Positions 11,476 through 22,915 of a stretch of DNA of 52,528 nucleotides are shown one piece after another. Position 1 is the stretch's first letter, and each line of letters starts with the position of its first letter. The notes below the pieces were generated by a model that was not told where the DNA came from, searched no databases, and saw only the letters and a program-made list of their open reading frames with translations. The DNA comes from Chiloscyllium plagiosum. Its lineage: Eukaryota. The stretch covers positions 2,092,386 to 2,144,913 of the forward strand of contig NC_057760.1 of NCBI RefSeq assembly GCF_004010195.1, given 5' to 3'. The translations under genes and the position numbers were made by a program.

Positions 11476-11605
11476 CTCACCAAAGTGCCGGCTTCAATCA
11501 GAACCTCTGAAAATGCATCTCGAAAAATAATCGCGTTCTTCCTTTTGCAGTTTTGAATAACATCATTGGCAACATAGAAAAGGTTCAGTCGATGGGGAAT
11601 TGAGG
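11476..11605 (-). CDS. RPRD2: RPRD2 coding exon (exon 2 equivalent), CTD-interacting domain
   Basis: Encodes [43 protein letters not shown], matching RPRD2 [33 protein letters not shown]. Acceptor tttttgttttctctttag|, donor GAG|gtaggt. 130 nt, phase 1-2, splices in frame to 2195. Not shown in the ORF track. Confidence 0.96.
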
Positions 11606-12255
11606 CTAAAGAGAAAACAAAAAGCTCAGTTAGTTTGTGAAAGTAGCCTCTTAAGCAGCAGAATGACAGGATCCCGAATTACCAAAACCAAAAGCTCTAC
11701 CCCGCACAATACCAGCAAGTGCGAAATACAAACGGCCTACGACACAAGTAATAAATACTTGGGAGTTTGCAGAACAATTTCAACCTTAGGTTTCACATAC
11801 AAAATTCATTATGTTGAGACTTAAGACAAGTTTTGCTATTGTGAAATCTTTTTTAAGCTAAAGGTTTGACAGAGCCATACAATGCTCTGACACACACTGG
11901 GCTGGATGGCTGGTTTGCGATGCAGTGATGCCAACAGCACAGCCTCAATTCCTGCACTGACCAAGGTTACCAGAACATCTTAAGAACTCGGAACAGGAGT
12001 AGGCTGTTCAGCCCCTCGAGCCTGCTCTGCCATTCAACAGAATCGTGGCTGATCTCATACTCATGCCCACTTTGCTGAATTTTCCCCATAAACATTGATT
12101 GCCAACTGAAAAAGCACTTACCATCCCAGCCTTAAATATATTCAAGGACACTGCCCCTATAGCTCTCTGTGGCAAGGAGCGCCAAAGACCCTCAACCTTT
12201 ACAGAGGAGAAATTCCTTCTCATCTTACTCTTAACTTGGCATCCTTTATTCTAAG

Positions 12256-13005
12256 CTGAAAATGTGTTGCTGGAAAAGCGCAGCAGGTCAGGCAGCATCC
12301 AAGGAGCAGGAGAATCGACGTTTCGGGCATAAGCCCTTCTTCAGGAATGAGGAAAGTGTGTTCAGCAGGCTAAGATAAAGGAGGGACTTGGGGGAAGGGT
12401 TTTGGGAAATGCGATAGGTGGAGGGAGGTTGGTTGGTCTGGGTGTCCCAGAGGTGTTCTCTGAAACGTTCCGCAACCAACCAACCCAACCACCCCGTAGC
12501 CCAACACTTTAACTCCCCCTCCCACTCCACCAAGAACATGCAGGTCCTTGGACTCCTCCATTGCCAGACCATGGCAACACGATGGTTGGAGGAAGAGCGC
12601 CTCATCTTCTGCCTGGGAACCCTCCAACCACAAGGGATGAACTCAGATTTCTCCAGTTTCCTCATTTCCCCTCCCTCCACCTTGTCTCAGTCAAATTCCT
12701 CGAACTCAGCACCGCCTTCCTAACCTGCAATCATCTTCCTGACCTCTCCGCCCCCACCCCACTCCGGCCTATCACCCTCACCTTGACCTCCCTCCACCTA
12801 TCGCATTTCCAAAACCCCTCCCCCAAGTCCCTCCTCCCTACCTTTTATCTTAGCCTGCTGAACACACTTCCTCATTCCTGAAGAAGGGCTTATGCCCGAA
12901 ACGTCGATTCTCCTGTTCCTTGGATGCTGCCTGACCTGCTGCGCTTTTCCAGCAACACATTTTCAGCTCTGATCTCCAGCATCTGCAGCCCTCACTTTCT
13001 CTCAA
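12256..13005 (+). mobile_element. Penelope-like retroelement: 5'-truncated GIY-YIG C-terminus, pLTR and inverted pLTR, with a 15-bp TSD
   Basis: Plus-strand peptide NHPVAQHFNSPSHS..MQVLGL..RLIFCLGTLQPQGMN is a PLE GIY-YIG tail. Inverted pLTR at 12256-12427. TSD atcctttattctaag at 12241-12255 and 13006-13020. Confidence 0.9.
12875..12908 (+). ncRNA. Minimal hammerhead ribozyme motif in the pLTR (mirror copy on the minus strand at about 12313-12347)
   Basis: TTC CTGAAGA A GGGC-TTAT-GCCC GAAAC GTC^GAT. Confidence 0.65.
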
Positions 13006-13335
13006 ATCCTTTATTCTAAGACCATGCCCTCTGACCCTACACTCTCCCATGAGGGAAACACCTTCTCAGCACTTACTCTGTCAAGCTCCTTAAGAATCCT
13101 GTATGTTTCAATGAGATCACCTCTCATTGTCCCAAACTCAAATGAGCAGAGTCCCAGCCTGTTTAGCCTTTGTTTGTACCAGGGATCATCTGAGTGAACA
13201 TTTCCTGAACCGCTTCAAATGAAATAATATCTTTCCTTAAAAAAGATCAAAATTGCTCACAGTACTCTAGATGTGGTCTCCCGAGCACCTTGTACAGTCT
13301 AATTTAAACTTCCCTATCCTGTTGAACTAAAGGCC

Positions 13336-13460
13336 CTGCCTTCTCAGTGTCCTCCTTCACCAGCGTGTGGTGACCCTCAGGTTAAATTCACCACTAATCG
13401 TCACTCTCTGATTACACACCAATGCTATGCTCTGCTGGGACTATGATGACTTCACTTCAT
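13336..13460 (+). mobile_element. tRNA-derived SINE fragment; related fragments at about 11895-11972, 31960-32145, 35130-35330 (-) and 47385-47425 + 48026-48195
   Basis: Shared motif gtggtgaccctcaggttaaa-ccacca-cagtc-tctctct recurs across these copies. Confidence 0.6.
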
Positions 13461-13781
13461 TACACTAACATACTTTCACACCTTATTCTTACTGCTCCCA
13501 CTAATAACTGTGGTTACAATGAAGACTACAGTTACCTTTCAAAAAGATTTCAGTTTGAGTGTCCCATCACCATGGCTTACAATCCCACGCTAACAGCTGC
13601 AGCTACTATTGTGACTATGTAAGTTGCTCAATTGATCGTCAAAGAGATGTACAGCATGGAAACAGACCCTTCGGTCCAACTCTTCCATGCCAACCAGATA
13701 TCCTGTATAAATCTGATCCCGTTTGCCAACATTTGGCCCATATCCTTGTTCCTATTCCATTCCTTGCAAATGTTCCTCAGG

Positions 13782-13828
13782 AAGTTACTTATTCCCTTAA
13801 ATTCACAAGTGCTGCTATAGTAAATTCC
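13782..13828. repeat. Inverted-repeat arm B (partner at 11136-11182)
   Basis: aagttacttattcccttaaattcacaagtgctgctatagtaaattcc. Both arms give the same spurious peptide VTYSLKFTSAAIVNS in opposite-strand ORFs of the track. Confidence 0.95.
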
Positions 13829-14455
13829 TATTTCTGATTACATAAAGAAACCTAACACCGAAAGCTTCAAAACACCAGAACACATTCCAAAGGACCATGC
13901 AGTACATAAGCTGGCTATTTGACCCACGGTGCTGGTGTGTGTATCTTGTGAATAGTTGCCCAATAAAGCCTGCTCCCTTTCTTTCCTCGAAGAATATCTT
14001 CTCAAGTCACTAACTAATTTGCTCGGAAAAGTTATTGTTGAATCTGCTTTCAACACCCTTTCAGTGTATTCCCAGTCATGACAACTTCCATCACTCCAAA
14101 ACCACTCCACTGACATTGGGCACGACTGCTCTTCAAAGATCACTGCTTATTTTAAACACCGCAAAAAAAAAGGGTGCCCTGATCATCAGTATCCAGAGGA
14201 AGTAAAAGGAAAACATTGAAATGAAGGTTTGGACCCCTGTGCAAAACAAGAACAAAACATAAAGGTTACTTTTTTGGATTAAAAAGATTAAATAGTCTGC
14301 CCCATGTGAAAAGGACACAAAGTCACATGACAGTTCTATCACAATGAGCACACAGACAAGCAAGAATTTACAGGCACCGGTTTTGACAGCAGCTTTGAAT
14401 TCAAACTCTAACAGCTTCAAGACAAGGAAGGGTTCAGCAGCTTACAATGTGAATT

Positions 14456-14738
14456 GGGTGGCACAGTGGCTTGGTGGTTAGCACTGCCGCCTCACAGCAC
14501 CAGGGACCCCGGGTGGATTCGAGCCTCGGGTCACCGTCTGTGTGCAGTTTGCATGTTCTCCCCAGGTTCATGGGGGTTTCCTCCCACAGTCCAAACATGC
14601 ACAGGTTCAGCAGATTGGCCATGGGAAATGCAGAGTTACAGAGACCGGGTCCGGGGCTGCATCTGGGTGGGATGCTCTCCAGAGGGTCAGTGTGGACTTG
14701 ATGTGCCAAATGGTGTGCTTCCACATTGTAGAGATTCT
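14456..14738 (+). mobile_element. HE1-family SINE
   Basis: gggtggcacagtggc...gcactgccgcctcacagcaccagggacccggg...gggtttcctcccacagtccaaa. Confidence 0.88.
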
Positions 14739-15416
14739 GTGCTCAACTAGCAACTGGAATTTTCAATATAACAAGGTCCTGGTCCTGCAAACTGGAGGAG
14801 AGTAGTGATCACTACCACTCAACCTAAAAGCAATATTAATTGTAATTATCTCTTTGATGCTGGTTGAATGATTGAGGTAATTAATAATTTATTAATGCCT
14901 TTTATCCCCTAAATGCTTTTTAAATAGTTTTATAATCCTTTTAAGCTGTTGTTTAGTATATAATAAGCAGCTTCATGCCTGGCGAGTTGAGGCGTTGGTG
15001 GGGGGGGGGGGGGAGGAAGAGTGGGTGCAAGGAAAACAGTAGTTTTATTTAAAAATAATCTAAACATTCAAAAATATAAAAGGAAGAGCCAGAGGTCACA
15101 GGAGAATTTGGGGGAACGGAAGCTGCTATTTCTAACAATTATGTAAATCACAAACTCAAAAATCTATGAACCAAGACTAACAGCAAGATGAGCGAAAAAT
15201 ATATTAGTGTGCGATGACCTTTTTCAGGGAGCTGTGGCAGAATCCAGGAAAGTCAAACCAGACCAGTGCAGGCTCAGAGTTTCCCAGGTTGAATCCACAG
15301 CTTGGATTGCCAAAATGGCTTTCCCACTACCCCAACTTTCACCACCTCACACCACAACAGGTGGCCTAAATTCACAAATCTGGATCTGGTTCTGCCTTCC
15401 TATTTTTCTGTCCTCT

Positions 15417-16285
15417 TGATTATGGACTGGAAATGAAATGTTTTAAAAACAAGGGTTGCTGAAGGATCACCTGTATGGTTTAAAAGCAAGTAATCTGATG
15501 CTGATTGTAAGTGCCATTTACATGGCTGTTATCCAACCAGTAATTGAAGTGTAGTTTGCAGAAGGACAGGAGCCGAGGGATGTATACAAATGGAGATTCA
15601 GCTACAAACAAGTTGATGTGATGCTTGATTAGTGACCAGTTATCAATGACAAAGGCCTTCAGCTTGCCGACAACTGAGTGATCAATCATCAGGTATCTGA
15701 TCAGCTTGGGGCTGTAAGTAGCCTTCAGATCTTCACCAGCTCAGCAGCTCTCTGTTCTCTGCAGTAAAACCCACTTTTAGCCTGAAAAAAAGTTGATTCT
15801 TTCTTCCATAGTTGCCGTAAGCTGTGACCTTTAAGTAATAAGTCCGAGACGTTTTGTAAGTCTGAAGCAGCCACCCTGTGCCTGCTGCAAACCAGTGAAA
15901 GCATCCAGAGAAGGAAGACTAAGAAGCCATGCTGTACTCCGCACAAGAATCATCTCAGTAGACCTATGAACAGGGACCACTGAATTGCTTTCCCAGTTTT
16001 CTCTCTGTCCATAACATCTTTTTTTTTTTTTCCCGTGTGCATGTTTGTGTAAGGGAGAGTTTATAAAGGGGCTAGAATTTGAACTAGTAGGAGTTATAAA
16101 CCGATGGTTCATAATTGTTGCAGTAAATACGAACTATTGTTAAATACTGAAAACTGGTTCACATTGTCAATCTGGTTCAAAAAGACAAATTGGAGAATTT
16201 TACTTTATAAAAAAGTTTAAGTTTTGTGACAAAACTAGGAATAGTAGGGCTTGATTTTCATTGTGCTATCCCATAAGATATAACA
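15417..16285 (+). mobile_element. Possible degraded solo LTR (Gypsy-type)
   Basis: Starts tgattatgg and ends ...ataaca, resembling TGTTA...TAACA LTR termini. No TSD seen. Confidence 0.4.
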
Positions 16286-16922
16286 GATTAAATTAAGTTG
16301 CACATTTAAGTCTACATAGTTTTTTTTAAAATTTAGATGAAGAACACAAGTTATAATCACATAACTAGTTTATTACAAAACATGATTTGCCCATCAGAAA
16401 TTTTGATTAGAATATCGAAACTGCAAATCATTTTCGCATACTTCAAATTGTAATCAGGTCCTAAAATTAAAGCCACATTGTTCTGTGGTACACACTGACT
16501 AGACAAACCAGTGTGACGGAATTGCCTGTGATGAGACTTGTAGTACCCTGGAATGTGTCATGTAGAAATACATGCGACACAGATTTACACGCAGGGTTTT
16601 AAGGTGAATTCCTAAATTCAGCAAAGCCATTTGTGGAAGTAGTAACTGGAAAGCAAAGTCCTGTACTGAATCCAACAGAGAGGAGGAACTCATCAAGCCA
16701 TTAATGTGTACTTAACAATAGGATATAAGACCAACACAAGTAAAATACTGGAAAGGAGCTGGTGGACAGTGGTATATGGTCTGGTTGAAGACTTAGGAGG
16801 AAAGAAAACAGACATAAGAACTTTTCCAATAGTTCGATAAATAAATGAATCATTTAGTGACATATTAAGTCATAATGATCGACATATTCCCAGATTGTGC
16901 AATATTGTTTGGTGTAATATAG

Positions 16923-17452
16923 TGAAACTGTGTATCAGGTATGAGCAGGTAGGAAAAGTGTTAGGTTTTGAGTTTTGTGAAATAAAAAAGTTCAACTTAG
17001 CATGACTCAGATTAGATAAGAACTTGCAGTAAACAATAAGGTGCTGGAGGCAAGGGTAGTGGTTTAACAAGGTGGAAAAGCATTCATTAGGTAGGGCCAT
17101 TTAACAAGATAAAGAAGCATTCAGTATGTAAAGTCAGTTAACAAGGTGAAAAGTATTCATTACGTGAAGCCAGTTAACAAGGTTAAGAACATTCACTGTG
17201 TAACAGAAGATGGCTTAATCTTTACTACTGATTCACCGATTGTAACGGTCACCCAAGCAATATGTATGGTGCCGTATCTGGATGCTCCTCCCTGCAAGTG
17301 ACTATATAATTCATTGAGAACTCATGTCCCTATGCACATGGGCAATCGTCCTCTCTCCTCCAGGGCCCGGAATAAAGATGAAGGAGGTAAAACTGTACTG
17401 TGTCTCTAAGCGTCTTGCTTCATCTATAGGGGGATAGGGAAACGGGACGACA
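16923..17452 (+). mobile_element. ERV1-like solo LTR (530 bp)
   Basis: TG...CA termini (tgaaactg...gacgaca). 4-bp TSD atag at 16919-16922 and 17453-17456. TATATAA at 17303, AATAAA at 17371, internal tandem repeats. Confidence 0.8.
17064..17206 (+). repeat. Four ~36-37 bp tandem repeats in the LTR U3 region
   Basis: Units begin ttaacaag at 17064, 17101, 17138 and 17174, and each contains an (c/t)attca motif. Confidence 0.9.
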
Positions 17453-18559
17453 ATAGAAAAACAAAAACAATACGCATTCATTTTTCCAAGGAGAACCCAA
17501 ATAATCATCATTTTGGATCAAGTCTCACTCAGATGTGAAACTATACTTCAGCACAGGGAGATGGGTCACGTGATGTAGGAAATTACAACCTAAGTTCCTG
17601 ATTTACATCTTGTTATCATGAACAGTTGCTCACTATCTCCGAGGAGCAGGAAATGACAGCAAAGTAATTTTACTAGACTTCTGTGGCCTTTTGTTTACGT
17701 GGAAGTCCCACCTCCTTCAGCATTTACCTTGCCTTTTCGTCAGGCAGTGGAAGGACAGACTTAGTCCCAGTAGACAGGAACCTGCAGTCAGGACCAGGAG
17801 TCTAAAGATGTACGGATGCAAAGATGGCATGCAAATGATGTTATATTCACCACCGACCACGATACCTCCAGGTATTTAGCATCAATGATGCTGAAGCACA
17901 ATTAGTGCAATGTTTCACCACCAACTTCAACCAGCAGTTAGACTGTTGGAACAGACAGCAAACTATGCTCTAGTTAAACCTAATTAAGACCCACAGAAGT
18001 ATGCAGAGAAAACAGGCTTACCATCGCAACTGAGTAGGCTAATGTTCAAAAACAACCTAACATTTTCACCAGGCCTTGCCTGGTTCTCTCTGGAACATGG
18101 AAAGGGCTACAAAGATTTTCAAAAACTGGAGTGCAGCCTGTTGTTAAATTAGAATAATTGCAGGGGCTCTGGGAGGAACTTCCTTGGAACTGCAATCTTT
18201 ATACAATCAGTCCAGCAAAACTGTAATCTAACATCCCAACGAGGTATGTTAAAGGGACAGAATAATAGAGGTCATATTCCTAAGACTGAAATATACCTAT
18301 CTAAATAGAAATCTTTGAAACTAGATTCTGATTCACCAAGCAAACCAAAGCTACTTAGGAAAAGTTAGAATACAAGTGCAGAATGCTTCCTGCCTTTAGT
18401 TTATATTCATGTTAGGAGACACTTAGATGCTCAAAGTCTTAAAATACAAACAGAATACTGGACACACTGCCGGCCAGGCACTCTCTCCATTGATGAGGAT
18501 AAAATTAATATTTCAGTTTGCCTTTTGTTAGAACTGGATATTTTTAGACATACTGCTTA

Positions 18560-19000
18560 TAAGAAAGCGTGCTCCTCTCTTGCCTGGATGGGTGCAGCTC
18601 CAAACACACTCAAGAAGCTTGACACCATCCACAACAATGCAGCCAACTTGCATCACATCCACAAACATCCACTTCCTCCACCACTGACACTCAGTGGCAG
18701 CATTGTGTACCACCTAAAAGATGCACTGCAGAAATTCACCGTAGACTCCCAGACAGCACCTTAGAAACCCACAACCACTTCCATCTAGAAGAACAATGGC
18801 AGCGGATAAGTAGGAAAGCCACTCACCATCCTGACTTGGAAGTATATCACTATTCCTTCAAAATCCTGGAATTCCATCCCTGACAGTATTGTCGGCCTAC
18901 CTATAGTGAGTGGACTGCAGCATTTCAAGAAGCTCGCTCACCACCACCACCACCTTCTCAAGAACATCTAGGGGTGCGCAATAAACGTTGGGCGAGCCCA
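18560..19000 (+). mobile_element. L2/CR1-group LINE 3' fragment (related fragment at about 33330-33700)
   Basis: Peptide SSLAWMGAAPNTLKKLDTIHNNAA, then ...tggaattccatccctgacagtattgt..., ending near aataaa. Confidence 0.7.
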
Positions 19001-19139
19001 GTGAGTGGATTAAAACAAAACATTTTTAAAATGAGCATAAGATGATACAAGAATGGTATGTCATGAAGTGGATGTCAAGAGATTTCTGAGACATGAATTG
19101 ACCCTTTTCACAGGGTGCAGTCTGATCTGCTGTACTTCC

Positions 19140-19610
19140 TAAGAATGAAGAACTAGGAGTAGGCAATTTTACCCCTCACACCTGCTCTGCCATTTCATAC
19201 AATCACGGCTGATCTCACCTTGGCCTTAACCCCACTTTCCTGCCTACTCTCCATAATCCTTCAACCCATTACTCATTAAAAAACTGTGTATCTCCTCCTT
19301 GAAGTTATTCAGTGTCCCAGCATACACCAGTCTCGGGGCTAGCAAATTCCAGATTCACAGCCCTTTGACAGAAGTAATTCCTTCTCATCTGTTTTAAATC
19401 TGCAACCCTTTATTCTTAAACTATGGTCTCTTGTTTTAGATTGCCCCACAAGGAATCAGCTGCTCTGCGACTACTTTGTCAATCCCCTTTAGCATCTTAT
19501 ATCGCTCAACTAGATATCATCCCCTTCTTCTAAACTCCAGCAAGTAGAAACCTAAAGTGCTCAATCTCTCCCCATAAAACAAACCGTTCACTTGCTGTTA
19601 AACAGAATTT
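19140..19610 (-). mobile_element. CR1 3' fragment
   Basis: CR1 3' UTR ggagtaggc...cctgctctgccattt...ggctgatc and degraded C-terminal ORF. A similar copy lies at 32450-32925. Confidence 0.75.
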
Positions 19611-20450
19611 CAGTCTCATCTCAGAGGACACACAAATCAATACCCTGGTGGTGGCATACATCTTGCAAGTTGTGAGCATTTGGAGATCTGGCTTCCCATT
19701 TATTGAATTAAAAACACTGAAAATGCCCTTCGTCAAACCTCCAGACCTGAAATGTTCAAACCAGGATGAAATAGAAAAACAACATGCAAATGGAATGTGA
19801 GGTTTTGCATTTTGATATAACAAACACGGGTAGTAGGACTTATCCAATTGATGGTAGGGCCGTGGGTAGTATAATAGAAAAGGGACCTAGGAGTTCATAC
19901 AGACAGGGTGCAAAGGCATTTAGCATGCATGCCTTCATTGCCCAGTTCTTTAAGTACAGGAATTGGGAAATCATGATGTGATTGTACAGGACATTAGTGG
20001 GAGCTCTTCTGGGATACGGTGTCCAGTTCCAGTCACCCAGTTAAAAGGAAGGATATTAAACTGGAGAGGAGTTCAGAAGAGATTTACCAGGATGTTGCCG
20101 GGTATGGAAGGTTTGAGTTATAAAAAAGACTGGATTGGCTGGGACTTTTTTCACCTGAGCTTAGGAGGTTGAGAGCAACCTGATGGAAGTTTATGAACTA
20201 ACGAGGGGTATAGGTAGAGTTAATGATAATTGTCTTTTCCATAGGATGGGGGATTTCAAGACCAGGGGCACACTTTTAAGATGAGAGGAGAGATACTTTA
20301 AAAAGACAGGTTCGTGTATGGAATGAGCTTCCTGAAGCAGTGGATGTGGGCACAATTATAATGTTTAAAAGACAATTGGATAAGTACATAATAGGAAAGG
20401 TTTGGAGGGATCCGGGCCAGGGGCAGATAGGGGAGACTAGTTTGGGATTA

Positions 20451-21512
20451 CAGGTAGTTCTCCTACAATGCTGGAGTTGCATTCCTCACTTAATAGAATA
20501 ATGGGGCCTATGGGAAAAGTGGGGTCAAGGGAAGACCAGCAAAAGATATCACTCACAATTGGCTCAAAAATCACCCAAACGTCTCTCAAAGTATAGCACA
20601 GCCTGAATGAACGTATAAAGTCATATTTATCAACAAAACAGAAGTAAATTTAACACAGTACATTATAAAATATTGTTAATGCAGGAATTGAGGGAATCAT
20701 AGCATATAAGGTAAACTCCCTCACACCTGTTAAGCCATCTATATCACATTATCTCCTTATCCTTGGGACGGCATGGTGGTTCTGTGGTTAGCTCTGCTGC
20801 CTCACAGTGCCAGGGACCCGGGTTCGATTCCCACCTCAGGCGACTGTCTGTGTGGAGTTTGCACATTCTCCCAGTGTCTGTGTGGGTTTCCCCTGGGAGC
20901 TCTGGTTTCCTCCCACAGTCCAAAAATGTGCACGCCAGGGGAATTCGCCATGCTAAATTGTCTACAGTGTTAGGTGCATTGGTCAGGGGTAAATATAGGG
21001 TAGGGGCATGGTGTGGACTTGTTGGGCCGAAGGATCTGTTTCCATACTGGAGGTAATCTAATCTAATCTTATATTCAAAATGCTTCATAATATCTAGTTT
21101 CTGTTCCAGTGTTGTAGCCTCTCTTTTGCGCTTATCACCAGGATACTTCTTGCTAACATTCTTGTCACTATGCCTCTCCATTTTTTCCAAAAAAAAAAGG
21201 GATAATCTAGGAGCAATGTATCTTTCACAGGAAGCTGCTCAATGCATCTCTCTCAGAAACCTGCTGTCTGTACAGTACCTCTCACTGAAAGCTGCTCTGT
21301 TGGCAGCTAACACCAGTGCATGCAGAGAATGGCACAAAGACTTCAGCATGGACATCGGTGCACATGCAGAACGAACCACATGAACAGATCCCTGCTGGAA
21401 CCACATTATTGCTAACAGAGGTGAATATTCTCGAAATTCTCATTCTTTAATTCTTCAGCAACACTATGAGCAAATTGCGCTGCCAGAACACGCTTTACCC
21501 GAGAACTACTTG
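20451..21512 (-). mobile_element. Non-autonomous Tigger/pogo DNA transposon
   Basis: TIRs caggtagttctc / gagaactacttg, TA TSD at 20449-20450 and 21513-21514. Minus-strand remnant KRKREATTLEQKLDIMKHFE resembles the CENP-B-type N-terminal HTH of pogo transposases. Confidence 0.85.
20765..21068 (+). mobile_element. HE1 SINE nested in the Tigger element
   Basis: Full head, V-domain and (aatct)n tail. Confidence 0.9.
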
Positions 21513-22817
21513 TATGTTTGGCATGGGCTGGTTGGACCAAAGGGTCCGCTTCCTTGCCCTATAACTCTAGAAACGGGGTTTTCCTGTTAAGTCGGCAAGG
21601 GTTGGAGTGGCAGAATTACTCTGAACAGCAAAACAGTCTATGGTGCAGGAGCAGACAGCTCCAGTGATACCAGTTGGCCATCGTGGGCTTTTGGATTTAT
21701 CAGGGCACACACTGTTCATGTCACCAGGCTCCATGTGTAGGTTGGTCCATCTTTTGGTTTCAAAGGTGATCACCAACACCCTGCTGCTTCTTCTGGGCAG
21801 GGGTAGGAAAAAACGTGGTTGCTCAGTCATAAGGGAATCCTCACTGTGCCAAGATTCCTCAGCCGCATGTATAATGGAAAGCAGTGGGTATAATCAGTGT
21901 GAACAAATCGACAGCACCACATCCATGATGATGTGGCTGTTGTTACTCCATCTGGAAGAAGTGGCAGTCAAAATAAATACACCCTCGTTGGCATGTGTCT
22001 CTGGTGTCAGTGGTGTAAAGAGTGCTTTACATTATGGACAACTCGGGAGGGCTTGACTGTGCTCTGCACTGATGTGCCAATCTAAGCCGTTCTTTGCTTA
22101 GGAGTCTGTGGTGCTGACACTCAGCTGCGTATGCATCATCTCGAGACCTTATTAATCACCTCTCTTACAGTTTGCCTTTATCTGATAATGCTACAAACGC
22201 CCCAAAAACGCAGTACCTACATTTCAAATGGTCTCAACCAGCTATTTGGAAGAAAAACCACAAGAACATCTTCCAAGAGCCAAAAATAGTTTGATTGCAC
22301 CATTATCACTTTCTCTTAAATTGCTGAGATTTGTTTTAACTCAAGTCGCTGCTTTTGCTCTGCTACTGGCTACAATCTACTGTAGAACCTCATCCCTGGA
22401 CACCACCTGATTGGTTTCCAGAACGACACACTGCAGGAGTGACAGTCCTTGGCATTTCTTTTCAATTTAACTTTCTCCCCCCCTTCCATATCAACCTGGA
22501 ACAGATGAGTCTTGAATATGGGCCTCCCATTCCAGAGGTAAGGACACCACCACTGCGCCACAAGCAGCTTTTTACACCAGTGGGAATTATATTTTCTCAA
22601 CTTGAATTGAGAACGCACAGAAGATCTAAATTGTATTCTCCCAAAGCAGGATCATGCTCACAGACAGCATTTTGATCCGCGCACCAATAACTTCAAGGGC
22701 TCACTGGGTGAATCAATTTATTGCAATGAATTCAAAACATTACAAAGAGGTGCGCCACACTAGACAGGCAAGCCGAACCACAATTCTGTTTCATTGTGGC
22801 AAACAAGCTTACATTGT

Positions 22818-22915
22818 CGTGGAGGTGCTGGTGTTGGACAGGGATAGACAAAGTTAAAAACCAGACAACACCAGATTATAGTCCAACAGGTTTAATTGGA
22901 AGCACTAGCTTTCAT
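22818..22915 (-). mobile_element. Penelope-derived short element, family B (partial)
   Basis: caacaccag.ttatagtccaacaggtttaattggaagcactagcttt is shared with 23590-23750 and 28187-28403. Confidence 0.7.

Larger units (their letters stand above)
11975..13335 (-). mobile_element. CR1 3' fragment, split by the Penelope insertion at 12256-13005
   Basis: Minus-strand translations RVRGHGLRIK and MRRNFSSVKVEGLWRSLPQRA join across the insertion. Confidence 0.85.
19785..21568 (+). mobile_element. CR1 3' part (19785-20450 and 21513-21568), split by a Tigger element
   Basis: Peptides CEVLHF and VQKRFTRMLPGMEGLSY. The 3' UTR tttgggatta|tgtttggcatgg is rejoined after removing the insert. Confidence 0.85.

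Noticed and set aside
15000..15013. Poly-G run as a G-quadruplex element
   Set aside because: A simple homopolymer with no other support.
17064..17206. ~37-bp periodic repeats as a CRISPR array
   Set aside because: Contiguous degenerate tandem units without unique spacers, inside an LTR in a vertebrate intron.
20744..21190. 148-aa ORF as a domesticated CENP-B/Tigger gene
   Set aside because: A chimera of about 30 aa of transposase and antisense HE1 SINE read-through.
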